DNA of 64,000 nucleotides. Origin: Octopus sinensis. Its lineage: Eukaryota. The position numbers and the translations under genes are program-made. Numbering within the stretch: the first letter of the stretch is position 1; every line of letters starts with the position of its first letter. A model generated the notes under the pieces. The model saw only the letters and a list, made by a program, of their open reading frames with translations, was not told the DNA's origin and made no database searches. The stretch spans positions 33,418,001-33,482,000 of the forward strand of contig NC_043012.1 in NCBI RefSeq assembly GCF_006345805.1. Reading direction: 5' to 3'. This document shows positions 12,201 through 25,805 of the stretch, piece by piece.

Positions 12201-14494
12201 AATGAAGACGAACAGCAAGAAGAGCTACTATAGAAGAAGAGTTATTCTATCAACATGAGCAGTTTAAACGATCTATTTTAATTAATAAAGTTATGACCAC
12301 TTTCGAATTATTTTTGGTAAAGAACCTTGTAATCTCTGACAACTTGAAATCTGTATTTCTCAACGTTGAAATTGCACTCAGTGTGTATACGTGTATGATG
12401 GTTACATCCTTAAATAGGAATGTTTCTTTTCCAAACTGAAACGCCTAAAGAATCAGTTTTGTAACACAATGGAGCAACAACTTTTGAACTGACTTTCACT
12501 CATGTGAACGGAAAATGATACCCTAAACATTTCTGTAATATTTCTGTTAAGGAATTTCGTAAACTTGATGAATGATAATTCAAGGTAATTCCATATTGTA
12601 CCATCTCAATCTGTTTGGTACGCCAACCAAATGACTATCATTTATATGCTGAAATTTATGTTCGTCAAACCTCTGTGTTTAAAGAATTTGTGTTAATTAA
12701 TCTTCAATGCAGAGTAAGATTGTTTTAATGTTTCAACAATGATTGTTTTAGAAGTAGTAACGTGTTTATGATTATTTTTTTTAATGATTATTTTTTTATT
12801 GCTGTGATCGGTGGATGGGTAGAATCTAGGAAAATCAAAAGAGGCCCGTGATCTTGTGGTGCAACTTCTTGCGCAGTGAGTGTGAATTACAGAGGTTGTT
12901 GCTGTCGGCTTTATCTCGCATCCGAGAAATGAGTTTCTTCTTTGCTGAATGTTTGCTTTATGGTGACGGTGGTGATGACTCTGTAGACTAATTCTCCCAT
13001 AGAAGAGTCGGTGGTATTGGCTGCACAGCAATGGTGGTGGAGGACGAAGTTGATTTTGTCGAGCCTGTCTTTCCTGTCATTGGATATCTTCCTTTTCTGT
13101 TCTTATGGTTTCCAAGATTTTGTCCTTCAGAATCGTTTCTCCTTCCGTCTCTCCCCTATCATCTCTCTGTCTGTCAGTCTCTGTCTGTCTGTCTGTCTGT
13201 CTCTCTCTTTCTCTGTGTCTGTCTGTCTGTCTCTCTCTTTCTCTGTGTCTGTCTGTCTGTCTCTCTTGTTCTTCTCTGGATTGTACCTAAACTTTAAAGT
13301 CCTAGATTTGTCACCTTCTGTGTTTGTGTTGATTCAAAAGTCCACATGCCAATGGCTTACAGGTTGATTTCTATCCAAGGGGCAATTCTTTTACTCAAAC
13401 GAATGAATGTTCCTCGTCGACACTGACAGAGGATCCACCACCACCATCACCACCACCACCACCACCACCACCACCACCAATTTAAGTAGCAGTGATAACT
13501 AGCTTGAAAGAAGTTTAAGACAATCATGGTAATGCAGGCGGCGGCGGCGGCGGTGGTGGTGGTGGTGGCAGTAGTGAGTGGGGAGCGGTTGCTGCAAAGG
13601 ACAATCAACGATAGTGTCGGTAGTGTAATTTAAGCAGAAGGGGATGGCTTGTTGAGTGAGGGTTGGGTCGGAAGAGTTGATTCCCGAGTGGTGCCGGAGT
13701 TGGTGTGCTGGTGACAGTGTTAATCCTGGTTGCACCACCACCACCACCACCAACAACAACAACACAGTTACCACCAACGTAGCCGTCGCCGCCGTCGCTG
13801 CCACCACCACCCCTACGCCCACCCCCACCACCGCCACCGCCGCCATCAACACTGTCACAGTTCTTGCTTTATGGCAGAGTGTAATGAAGTGAATTATGGC
13901 AAAGAAAAATTTTTTCAAATTTATTCTATTAATGTATTTAATTAATTATTTTATTTTATTTATTTTATTTATTTATTTTATTTATTTTATTTTATTTATT
14001 TATTTATTTATCTATTCCAGAGAAAAAAAAAGGCGATTGAAGAATGGGTGAAAGAAAGCAGAAGAAGGAAAATGTTTCAACAGAATGAAAATATGTTTCC
14101 TTTCTGAAGAATTCAATCAATATGGTGACTATATGTACGTACGTACGTATGTATGTATGTATATATGTATGCATGTATGTACGTACGTACGTACGTACGT
14201 ATGTATGTATGTATGTATGTATGTATGTGTATGTATGTATGTATGTATGATGTATGTATGTATGCATGAACGTGTGTGCTTGCGTGCACACGTATATATA
14301 TATATATATATATGGAGAGAGAGAGAGAGATGTGTACGTATGTGTACGTATAAAACTAGTATGTGTATATACTTACATAAATATATATATACACATACGA
14401 TGTATATATATATATATATTATATATATATATATATATATTACATATACACGCTTCATATTTATATATATATATTATATATATATATATACACG

Positions 14495-14535
<41 letters not shown>

Positions 14536-14820
14536 CGTGGTGTGTTTATTCTGTATGTGTGCTTTTATTTTGTTTGTATGTTAGCACCAGGGAGGTGTGG
14601 TGGCAGTGGTGGTGGTATTGGTGGTGGTGGTGGTGAAGTGGGGGGGTGTGTGAAAAATGTTAAAGAAATGAACAATTGAAAGAGAAAACAACAACAATTG
14701 TAACATTAAGATTAAGCTGATTCGATCGTTTATTGTTATATTATTCAGTTGGTGTAGTTATATTTGTTATCAGAGTTGCTGTTGCTGCTGCTGTTGTTGT
14801 TGTTGTTGTTGTTGTTGGTG

Positions 14821-14856
<36 letters not shown>

Positions 14857-15184
14857 GATTGTTGCCGGCTGTGCTAGGAATATAAAAAGAGAGAAAATTA
14901 GGTGTGCAACAATGTGATGTTGAAAACCGAATGACAGCCAGCCAGCTAGCCAGACAGACAGCCAGGTGGACAGACAGACAGACAGACAGACAGACAGATA
15001 GCAAACTGACAGACACACTGACAGACAGACAGCTAGACAGGCAGACAGACAAACAGGTATGATCATTTACTAGACTTAAACAGCTCAGATAATCTAATCA
15101 TACAGTTACAAAAATACCTCCCCACCTCCCCGCCACAAACACAATTAGATACACACACACACACACACACACGCACATACACAT

Positions 15185-15239
<55 letters not shown>

Positions 15240-15281
15240 CATATATGTATATACATATATGTGTATACAAGCAGGCATTCT

Positions 15282-15326
<45 letters not shown>

Positions 15327-15850
15327 ATATATATATATGTGTGTGTGTGTGTATAGATACATATACATACATACACAAAAACCGACATTCATACACGCAC
15401 ACAAACACACATATATACTCACGCACATGACATATATATATGTGTGTGTGCGTGTGTGTGTATACACACACATATATTCATATGCATACATATACGTACA
15501 CACACACAATGCACTCACATACACACGGACATTTAAAAATACTAATCACAATCATGATGATAATTAAACGAAAGAAATTGTAAAAATTTATTTCACCTCA
15601 TTTTTTTCTTTCTCCAACATTTTTTTTTTGTTTTTGAACATTTCTTTCCTTCTCTTTCTTTCCTTCTCTATTCATTTTTGTCCTTTTCTCTTTTGTTTCC
15701 TTCCTTTTTTTATATTTTATTTTATTTTATTTTATTAGTTTTGTCTTTTTGTGAGAATAAATAAAAATCATGTTTCATTTCAATTTATCAGATAAATCTT
15801 TTAGAAATGAATAATGCTTGAATTTTCATCTAAGAGGGTAATGAAAATTA

Positions 15851-15905
<55 letters not shown>

Positions 15906-16168
15906 CACCACCACCACCACCACCATCACTGCTACTGTTGCTGTCGTTAAAGTGATAAATTTTCAAGGGGTTGAAAGCCATAATTTTTTTTATTCAAGTA
16001 TAATGGTGATGAGAATGAAGATTCTTTTAAAGAATTTTATTCGTTCCATTATTGTTTTTTTGCTTTTCTTTTTATTATTTTTGGGATTTTTAAAAGTTTC
16101 TTTCTGATTTTTGTATGTTTTTCTCTTGTTCTTCAAATAACATAGAATGTAAAGAAAAAAAAGATGCA

Positions 16169-16252
<84 letters not shown>

Positions 16253-16534
16253 GTCATTGTTGTTGTTGTCGTTGTAATTATTATTTTTCGAAATGCATTT
16301 TTAAAATTGATTGTAAAGAGGGAATATATTCCTCATACATATGTACTCATGTAGACATACATATACACACAAACATTCACACATACACACAAACATACAC
16401 CCCACACATACATACACACATATGCGCACACATATACACGCACATATTAACACATACACTAAAGATCTCTGTGTGCATTTGTCTTTCAATATATATATGT
16501 GTCTGTATGTTATACATATGTATATATGTATATC

Positions 16535-16632
<98 letters not shown>

Positions 16633-16660
16633 TGTATGTAAGTTTGTATGAATATATATC

Positions 16661-16769
<109 letters not shown>

Positions 16770-16816
16770 GATATATATTCATACATACTTACATACAGCC
16801 ATATAATATATATATA

Positions 16817-16874
<58 letters not shown>

Positions 16875-17270
16875 GATGTACTCATTCTAATCATTGCAAT
16901 CTGTAGCATAAAAATGGCGAATTCTTTGAGTTTTTGTTGAAAATCTTGTTTCACTTTTTCAATCTAGAAAATGATATTGGGCAGTAATTTATTTATTGAC
17001 ATTAAAAATATATGTGTGTCATGGGTGTTTGTACATAAATATAAGTTTTTGTATGTATTCGCGTGCAAAAATGTGTCTGTATATTTTTCGTTTTATATAC
17101 ATATATGCGTGTGAGAGTGTATATATGTACGTGTGTATGTTCATGTAAATATGTGTGTGCGCGTGTATGTGTGTGTGATATATATATATATATAGATATA
17201 TATATATATATATATAAATACATATATATATATATAAATACATATATACATATATATATATAATATATAT

Positions 17271-17369
<99 letters not shown>

Positions 17370-17450
17370 TCCCGGGTTGATTCGGGGTTAACCACAGTAA
17401 ATAAGGTACTCAATACATAGCAGAGTAAAATTAATTTATTATATAGAAGG

Positions 17451-17501
17451 AGCTTCTACAGGACTAGAACTGTTTCATTCAAGAGAAATCATCAGGAAGC
17501 T
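17451..17501 (-). ncRNA. Type I hammerhead ribozyme, canonical core
   Basis: Minus strand AGCTTC-CTGATGA-T TTC TCTT GAA T-GAA-ACAG TTCTAGTC CTGT-A-GAAGCT: 6-bp stem I, 3-bp stem II, 4-bp stem III, GUA site. Confidence 0.8.
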
Positions 17502-17614
17502 GATATATATATATATATATGTATATATATACATATATATATATACATACATATATATATATATATATATGTAAATTGATCAAAATAAAATAAAAACATG
17601 ATGCGAAGGATTCA

Positions 17615-17692
17615 GCGGTACATATGTTTCGGGCCTTTATTAGACAGATTTATAACAATGCATAATGTATGTCTGTGGCCTTCTTCAGCCGC
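17615..17692 (-). ncRNA. Type I hammerhead ribozyme, canonical core, palindromic stem III
   Basis: Minus strand GCGG-CTGAAGA-A-GGCC...(41-nt loop)...GGCC-C-GAA-ACATATGT-A-CCGC. Confidence 0.8.
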
Positions 17693-18719
17693 GCACAACA
17701 GCTTCCACAAGGACATGTGTTAATCAAAAAATCTTGGTTGGGGATGCAAATCCTCTCATTCACGTACGACATTAATGCGGCAGCAGAGCAGCATAGAGTT
17801 GAGGCGTCCCATCTCTTCTTCTTCAATGTAGAATGAGGAAAATTGGATGTTGAGGTAATGTAAATAAATAAATACATATATAGAGGTGAAGATGGAGGGG
17901 CGAGAGTTCGGGACGAGGGATAAAAAATGTATAAAAAGTGTAAGTATAGAATAATATAAAAATGTAGAGGATAAAGGGTTGTAAGTAGATGTAAAGGGGG
18001 TATAAAGAAATATAAATTAAAATTAGAAATAGAAATAAAAGTAAAAAAACCTGATAAAAACATGATAAAAGTGTAAAGAATGTAAAGATAAGGGATGTAT
18101 AGAGGTTATGGACCAAGCATGGTGGTCAGGAGATTGATAAAATTTAGTTGTAGAATTGTCAGTACATCAACAGTTTCGTCTGGGGACTTAATGCGTTGTA
18201 AATCAGAGCTGATGAGCATTTAATCTGGTTCCTTGAATTAAATGGACTTCTAGTACATACATATCATCAGATATATACACCCACATACACGCGTACATAT
18301 ACGCCTCCAAGCCTATAAGCATACACACGCACTCGCGTGTAAACACGTACATAAACACACACACGCACCCACACGCACGCGCGTACACACACATACATAC
18401 AACAGAATATCCGCATATATACACGGACATTACGCGCGTACACGCTCACATGTATATACGCGCGCCCATCACTACATACACACACGTATATGCCCACGCC
18501 TCTAGGTCCAGGTATAAGATATTAAAGGATGTGTATAAGAACGTATGTAAAGAATCCCGTACTCATGTCAATACGCGCACGCACACATATATATATTTAT
18601 ACATACATACATATATATATACATACATACATGTATATATATACATATATATACATACATACATGTATATATATACATATATATATATACATACATATAT
18701 ATATTTATACATACATACA

Positions 18720-21700
18720 TCAGTGGCGTGCGGTGACTTCCGGCGTTGGGCAGGCAATTAATTTCATTGCCCCCCCCCCCCACCGGCAATTTTTCAGTAA
18801 AACATTTTCGTATTCCTACGATTTACATATAAGAGATTCTGAATATGCAGAATAAACAGGGAATAAAAAATGGCTGTGCAGAGATGATCCTGAAATAAGT
18901 GTATTGTTTGTATTATTCTTTGCTCTTCGAAACGTCAGTACTTTCCAATCCTCATTCTCCTTAGAAAAGTCTAAAAATCATAAGTGAAATGTAATAAAGA
19001 TGAAATTGGATTCTGTCAATATTTTTGCATATTCAGAATCTCTGTTAAAGGTAGGAATCCGAAAAAAAATTTTCACATAAATTCGTTTTTCAAAGGGGTG
19101 CGATTCTGCATTAGCCCCTATACCTATCGGTTGAGCTGAATGAAATGATTTAATTAAAAGAACACATTTAGTTACATTATATGGCCATGGTTTTAGATCG
19201 TTACGCTCTCGAAGACAAGTCAGGTTCTTTATCATGCTACTTGTCAATTCGGGAAAATTATTGACTGTTCTGAGACTTACTGAACTCCGTACATTAAAGG
19301 ACTACGTCTCACGCACAAACATTGAAAATACACGCATATACATGAATACGCACACAATGAAAGACAGCGAAAATTCAACATTGTAAAAAGCCTCCCAAAA
19401 CTGTTGTGGCAGAAGTCAACATCTCTGAGATTGTAACAAGACACTTATTGAAAGTGAAACAAAACACTTATTTACGGCCGTAAATAGACTACACCCAGCA
19501 GCACAGAAAGGGAATCTATGTAGGTAGGTTTCACGAAGAAATCAAAACATTTCTCCTGCGAAACAATACTGATGTAAGAAGGTCGAACCTTACGTTATAA
19601 CAAACACTAAGCAAACCTGTAATATATGCTCTTTAATATATATTTTTTTTAATGTTTTAAAATGTTACTTAGCTCATTTATAAATTAATTCAATTCTTCG
19701 ATCTTTCTGGGCAAATATATCTATCACATTTTCATAGAAATCTTCTCTTTTCATCAATTCTTGTAATAAATCTTTTTCAATTGACATTAGTGCTAACCCA
19801 GACAGTCTTCTTTCTCCTGTCGCATTTCTTTGGTATGTTTTAATTCTACTTAATGCAGAAAAGGATCGCTCTACATAAGCAGTGGTAGACGGAATTGTCA
19901 AAATCAACTTGCACAGATTGAAGAGTTCTGGCATAGCTTCAACAAGATCAGTGCTGTTAATGTAACTCATTAAATGACTTACACTTGGTTTTTTAAAAAT
20001 CTTTCATTGAATACATCACATTGAGCTCACTTTGTAATCGTATTACATCAAAAAATCTGCCATAAGTTGTTCTTAAAGAATCTAAAGAGTCCACAGGAAA
20101 TTGTTTGCAATACTCATCAACTTTGTTGAAATTCAAAAGTTCCATGAATTTAAACTCTTCTAAGGATGAATATCGTGCTTTTATTTGGTCAACTATTGTA
20201 CTTATAATTTTGTTATAAAGCGTTCTATAATGTCGTTGGGGATCAATAGATATATTCTTGGATCTCTGAATTCCGATTCCTGCATCGACTCCATATTTTT
20301 CCCCTAACCTATCATAAAAGACTGAAAAATTATCAAGTTTGTTTTCGAGTACAGTTCTAGTTTTATCTATTTGCTGTTTACAATACACTGTCATGACTTT
20401 TACTCTGGAGTATGTTAAATAAGACGTCAGTAAAAGAAAAAATGTCACTGAATACCTCTAACAAAAATAAGAAATCAGGAGCTTTTAAAGTGTGTAAGAA
20501 TCCAATTGCTGAATTTATGGTGGTCTCATCCCATGCTTCAGGATTTTCAATGATGTGTTCAAAAAGGCTGATTATGAAATTATAATTTTCCTTTGTGGTA
20601 ATAATAAGACGTGAGGAGTAATTCCATCTAGTTGCTGTTGCTTTCGGAAATCTTTTTTTAACAATATTATCTAATGCATTAGTCCTTTTCGGTGATTTCG
20701 TAAAAAATGTACCGAGTCCATTTATTGTAGAAAAAAATATCTTGCATTCTTTCATAGCAGAGCATGATTGTGAAAGAACTAAATTTAGGATATGGGCACA
20801 ACAATGAATAAAGATCGCACATTCATATTTCTTTCTTACTTTTGCCTGTAACCCATTTAGTTGTCCTGCCATTGTAGCGGCACCATCATATGTCTGCGCA
20901 ATCAATTTGTTTCCACATTCCCACGTCTCAATGCATTTAAAAACATATTCAGATAAAGCATTTGCAGATCGATCTGCACTAACATCATTAAAACCGATAA
21001 ATCGTTCTTTCGTCACACAGTCTTCTGTAACATAACGTAAAACTGTTGACAGTTGTGAAGATGCTGAGACATCAGATGTCTCATCAACAAGAATAGAAAC
21101 AAACTTAGCTTGGTCAATTTCCTTCTGCATCTCATTCAACATAACTTTATGAATTGCTTCGATCAAGTCATTTTGAATTCTGTTCGACAGACCAGTGAAG
21201 ATAGAAGCTGTATCTAAATGACTTTCCATTTGTTTGTCATACTTACTGATCAAATAAACGAGTTCTTTATAATTTCCCCGATTATTAGAGCCTTCAGATT
21301 CAAAATGACCCCGAAACGATAATTCCTGGAGGCCTAAAAAAATAACAACATCGATCAATCGTTGCAGAATGGATCTGTTTCGTCGAACTTTCTATTATGC
21401 TGTTGTATGCTTTGATTTTTACGTGCATCTAATTGTAAGTCTATGCGAACATTCCCGAATATTTTAAGGTCTATCAAACATTTTTTTCTAAGCCAAAAAG
21501 TAAACACAGCCAACAGAATAATTTATTAAGAGCAACACTTCCAGTTAACCATTTCTTCTTTTCATACGAATTAACCTGAAATTGTCTCGTGAATTTCTTG
21601 TTGTAGCTTCGCAAATTAGGTAAATTCGGTGTTGGTCTCCCGCGATTTATAATTAATTTTTTCCCATCGAAGTCCCTTTTAGAAAAACTAGTTCTCAAAA

Positions 21701-22435
21701 TATCGTTTATAGCACACATTTCACTCATTTTGAAAAAGGCTGCTCTTATTTAAGGACCCACGTGGAAGCGCCGGCGTAAATTTTAAATCAATTTCAACAA
21801 AACGGAAAAATACCCTTTGTTAAATTAATTTAAGATTAATTAGCTATTTCTGAAATAAGAAATATAATGTAGATATTTTTGCTTTCAAAACTTTCTAAAA
21901 ATATGATAGTGCAAACGGATGTTTTGGATAAAAAATTTCAAACTTACATGCGAAGGCTATTCCAACATTTCAGCTGGCTAAAACAAGAATTATGGGACGG
22001 CTCTTGTTCCGGTCAAAATAGCCAGAGAGGCGTCATATGCGATCTAAGCACAGCATGACACGCCAAACTGAATTTGTCGAATCGCTGAGAGAGAAGGGGG
22101 TGACCATTCCTCGTAGTATATCTTTTAAACAAAGAAAGAGGGAGAAGGGACAAACTATCAAAGACAGAGAGAAGGGACTCATGCTGTCTTCCCAACGCAT
22201 GACAAGCGATAAATTTATCGAGTCACTAAGATAGAGAGAGAGAGAGAGAGAGAGGAAGGAAGGACAAACTAATACAGACAGAGAGGGAGTGTGTATCATG
22301 CGATCTTCTAAAAGCATTTATCAAAGCAGATGTACGAAGTGGAGACAATATTTCTAAAACAACTGGACGTATTTTCTTTGAAACAAGGAAGGCATGCAGC
22401 GCATACCTTGCATTGCTGAGAGTGCACGCCCCTGA
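18720..22435 (-). mobile_element. Full-length, defective hAT DNA transposon (~3.7 kb)
   Basis: TIRs (T)CAGTGGCGTGC and revcomp (T)CAGGGGCGTGC; flanks TACATACA on both sides within a (TACA)n tract; internal transposase. Confidence 0.9.
19674..21728 (-). pseudogene. hAT transposase (TTF-type Zn finger, DUF4371/ZMYM1-like, hAT C-terminal dimerisation domain)
   Basis: Motifs WLTGS..NKLFCW.CLLF, QELSFRGH, ILVDETSDVS, QTYDGAATMAG, IHCCAHILNL, TIPSTTAYVERSFSALSRIKT; split over 4 ORFs by an apparent deletion near 21475 and frameshifts near 20400 and 19995. Confidence 0.93.
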
Positions 22436-22689
22436 TACATACATACAACATACATACATACATACATACTACATACATACATACATACATACATACATAC
22501 ATACATACATACGTAGGATCTTCTGGATAAATTTGATGATTTTATTACGTCTAATTTTTTAAGGTACCACTTGATGTATTGGTGAACAGCCAACAATGAT
22601 GGAGAGCATAAATATGAAAGTTGTAGTTGAGAAAAAGTTAGATTATACGGAGAACAGGAAGCCATTTGAATTTTGGGAAAGAGTTACTT

Positions 22690-23690
22690 GTATCAAAATG
22701 AATCGCGCCGGATGTAAAAATGTGGACGTCATGACTGTTGCTCAATGCTCTCTGAACCCTGTAAAGGCTGTAAGGTGTAACATGGACAGTTGCAACTGAG
22801 ACTACCGAGCTGTAACTAGTAGTAAGGGACACAGCAGATATTATGACAACGCTTATACGCCGGTGTCCGTCCCAGCATCCTCGAACAGGGCCTTAGGTTC
22901 AATTCAGACGGTTGGAGAGTGTTGTCAATTCCTAAATCTTGGGACTTGCTGCTTGTTTATTTGTTTGTTTGTTTGTTGAGGGAAGCGGTCTTCGTTCCAC
23001 TAATGGGAGAAGTCCCAAATGTGGTCCTTTGCTATTCGTAAGACCCGCAGAAGAGAAAGCAGGTCAACCCCCGACACCGAGAGCATCGATAGATGGATGA
23101 ATGTGCATCCATGCTCAGCGGTTGCGTAGGAAGTCGGGGACAAGAAACAGGAAGAAAGAGTGAGAGAAAGTTGGAGCGAAAGAGTACAACGGGGGTCGCC
23201 AGCAGTCCCTGCTGGAGCCTCGTGGAGCTTTAGGTGTTTTCGCTCAACAAATACACACAACGCCCGGTCTGGGAATCGAAACCGCGATCCTCCGATCGCG
23301 AGTCCGCTGCCCTAACCACTGGGCCATTGCACCTCCACTGGGAGTTGCTGCTGGAAGGCCATATGTATAGCAGCAGGATTCGGTTCCGTACAATACCTCC
23401 GGAAAGAGCTAGAAGTAACTGTCGGTTAATTCTTGCGGTTTCACTGTCCTCAATTTATAGATTCCTAATTCCCTTGACTGTAATTCCATGTATTACTAGA
23501 TGTGGGGCGTGGTTGAGAAAAATATCAACAGCTCTCCTTGTACTACTAAGGCCGTGCCATTGGCCAAGTTCAAAAAGGTGTTCGAAGATCTTCTTAAGAA
23601 CGCAGTGAGGAAGGCATGCGCCAGTTTCAAAAGCCGTCCTGAGGCCATGAAGGAAGCCGAGGGCGGCTACTTTGAGTTAATTGCTATCTT
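22690..23690 (+). mobile_element. Internally deleted Tc1/mariner (maT/DD37D-like) element split by a SINE
   Basis: The 3' part (23339-23690) resembles QQDSAP...PNSPD.NP.DY.VWG.VEK...EAEGGYFE; the 5' part (22690-22953) is a weaker match to the N-terminus. Confidence 0.7.
22954..23338 (-). mobile_element. tRNA-derived SINE family C with a 14-bp TSD
   Basis: Minus head GGAGGTGCAATGGCCCAGTGGTTAGGGC with A-box and GGTTTCGATTCCC B-box; (AAAC)n tail; TSD TGGGA(C/G)TTGCTGCT at 22940-22953 and 23339-23352. Confidence 0.88.
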
Positions 23691-23711
23691 CCAGTATTCA
23701 TTTAGTTGATA

Positions 23712-24259
23712 CTAGCAGCATAGCCCGGCGTTGCCCGGGTATGTAAGAGCCCCTAGTAGGCAACGACTAATCCCAATCTAGTCCTTTCCCTCTAGGGAAC
23801 GAAGGCGCATGTGTAGGTTGCAATGTCTTCTGTGTATACGATGTTTCTAGCTGTTTCTTTGGGCGAAAACGCGATTTCCCAAAATGGCATGATTTTATCG
23901 ATTTTTTCTGATGGTAAGGTATTGCATGGAAAACTAACGTCAGAATTAAGTTTCTTAGGGTAACATTAAGCTTCACCATGAGTTTGGTTAAAATCGATTG
24001 CAAGTTGCGAAAACTACAACAGAAAATGTGTTGCATATAAAAAGCTGAGATTCTCGACCCCATGTCGAATTTATCAGTATTTTTCAAAACTGGGGGAGCT
24101 TTTCAAAATTTTCGCTGCGTTAGTTTTGAATTATGACATTGGGCTATGTGTGTGTCAAGTTTCATCAGAATCGGTTGAAAGCTGTGGTCAGGGTGAGGGT
24201 ACAACCTGACAGACACACAGACACACAGACAGACAAACTGCCGTTTATATATATAGAGA
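23712..24259 (-). mobile_element. Non-autonomous Helitron (548 bp)
   Basis: On the minus strand: 5' TC at 24259; 3' hairpin CCCGG-GCAACG-CCGGG then CTAG (23712-23715); A^T insertion site; subterminal (GTCT)n. Confidence 0.88.
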
Positions 24260-24816
24260 TTTTGTGAGTTTTAAAAATATTAAAATTTATGGAGGGATAT
24301 TGTGTATTCTTTTCCTATTATGCAAACTATCAAATATAGCCTGAACTGGTATGCATGTACGTATAGAAGACCTCCTTCGGTTACGAATGCCTATAGGATT
24401 TCACCTAGGAAGTTCTCCAAGATACAAGTCCGGGCAAGATTGTTTGTGGAAGACCAGCAATCGCCTATGCATACCAGCCTCCCCTCTTCACCCCACTGAT
24501 GTTGTCCAAGGGAAAGGCAAGGGTCGATATAGCTTGGCACCAAGTCGCAACTCATTCATATAGCTGAGGTGTGTGAACTGTAGTAACATCAAATAAAATG
24601 ATTTGCTCAGGAAAATAACACACTGCCCGATCCAGAAACCGAACTCACAACCTCACGATTGTAAGCCCGATGTTCTAACCACACACACATACACGCAGAC
24701 AGACACATACACACGTACATACATACATACATACATACATACATACATACATACATACATACACACGTGTATGTATGTATGTATGTATGTATGTATGTAT
24801 GTATGTATGTATATAT

Positions 24817-24862
<46 letters not shown>

Positions 24863-24916
24863 TGCACATACATACATATATATATATATATATATGTATA
24901 TCTGTATATATATATA

Positions 24917-24950
<34 letters not shown>

Positions 24951-25220
24951 CATATATATAATGTAGATTGAGTTAAAATCCAAGATGCAAGCTCTTGAAG
25001 AACGCCTGCTTATTTCAATATTTCGAAACCGTATGTAGATGTTACATTTGTGTGAGGTGTGCATAAGAATTGAAAATACTGGAAAATATTTTTTCGCAGA
25101 GTAATGATTTCAAAATAGGAAATCGGCAAAGTTTTGGTATTATTTCGTCACCATTGCATGCGTCTCATTTGTTAACAGGAGTTACAAAATTGTACATCTG
25201 GTAGAAAAAGGGCAAGACAT

Positions 25221-25805
25221 ATTCTTTTCTACTCTAGGCACAAGGCCCGAAAATTTTGGAGAGGGGGGGCAGTCGATTAGATTTACCCCAGTACGCAACT
25301 GGTACTTAATTTATCGACCTCGAAAGGGATGAAAGGTAAAGTCGACCTCTGTGGAATTTGAACTCAGAATGTAAAGACAGACGAAATACCTATTTCTTCA
25401 CTACTCACAAGGGGCTAAACACAGAGAGGACAAACAAGGACAGACAAACGGATTAAGTCGATTACATTGACCCCGGTGCGTAACTGGTACTTAATTTATC
25501 GACCCCGAAAGGATGAAAGGCAAAGTCGACCTCTGTGGAATTTGAACTCAGAATGTAAAGACAGACGAAATACCTATTTCTTTACTACACACAAGGGGCT
25601 AAACACAGAGAGGACAAACAAGGACAGACAAACGGATTAAGTCGATTACATTGACCCCGGTGCGTAACTGGTACTTAATTTATCGACCCCGAAAGGATGA
25701 AAGGCAAAGTCGACCTCTGTGGAATTTGAACTCAGAATGAAAAGACAGACGAAATACCACTAAGCATTTCGCCTGGTGTGCTAATGTTTCTGCCAGCTCG
25801 CCGCC
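25221..25805 (-). mobile_element. SINE family A with three 184-bp modules
   Basis: GTCGACCTCTGTGG recurs at 25341, 25525 and 25709; head at 25805, distinct tail at 25221. Confidence 0.9.

Noticed and set aside
18205-18250. CTGATGA followed by an 8-bp hairpin
   Set aside because: No GAAA or stem III after the hairpin.
23255-23336. tRNA gene
   Set aside because: The tRNA-like A/B-box head continues into a SINE body with tail and TSD; no proper acceptor stem.
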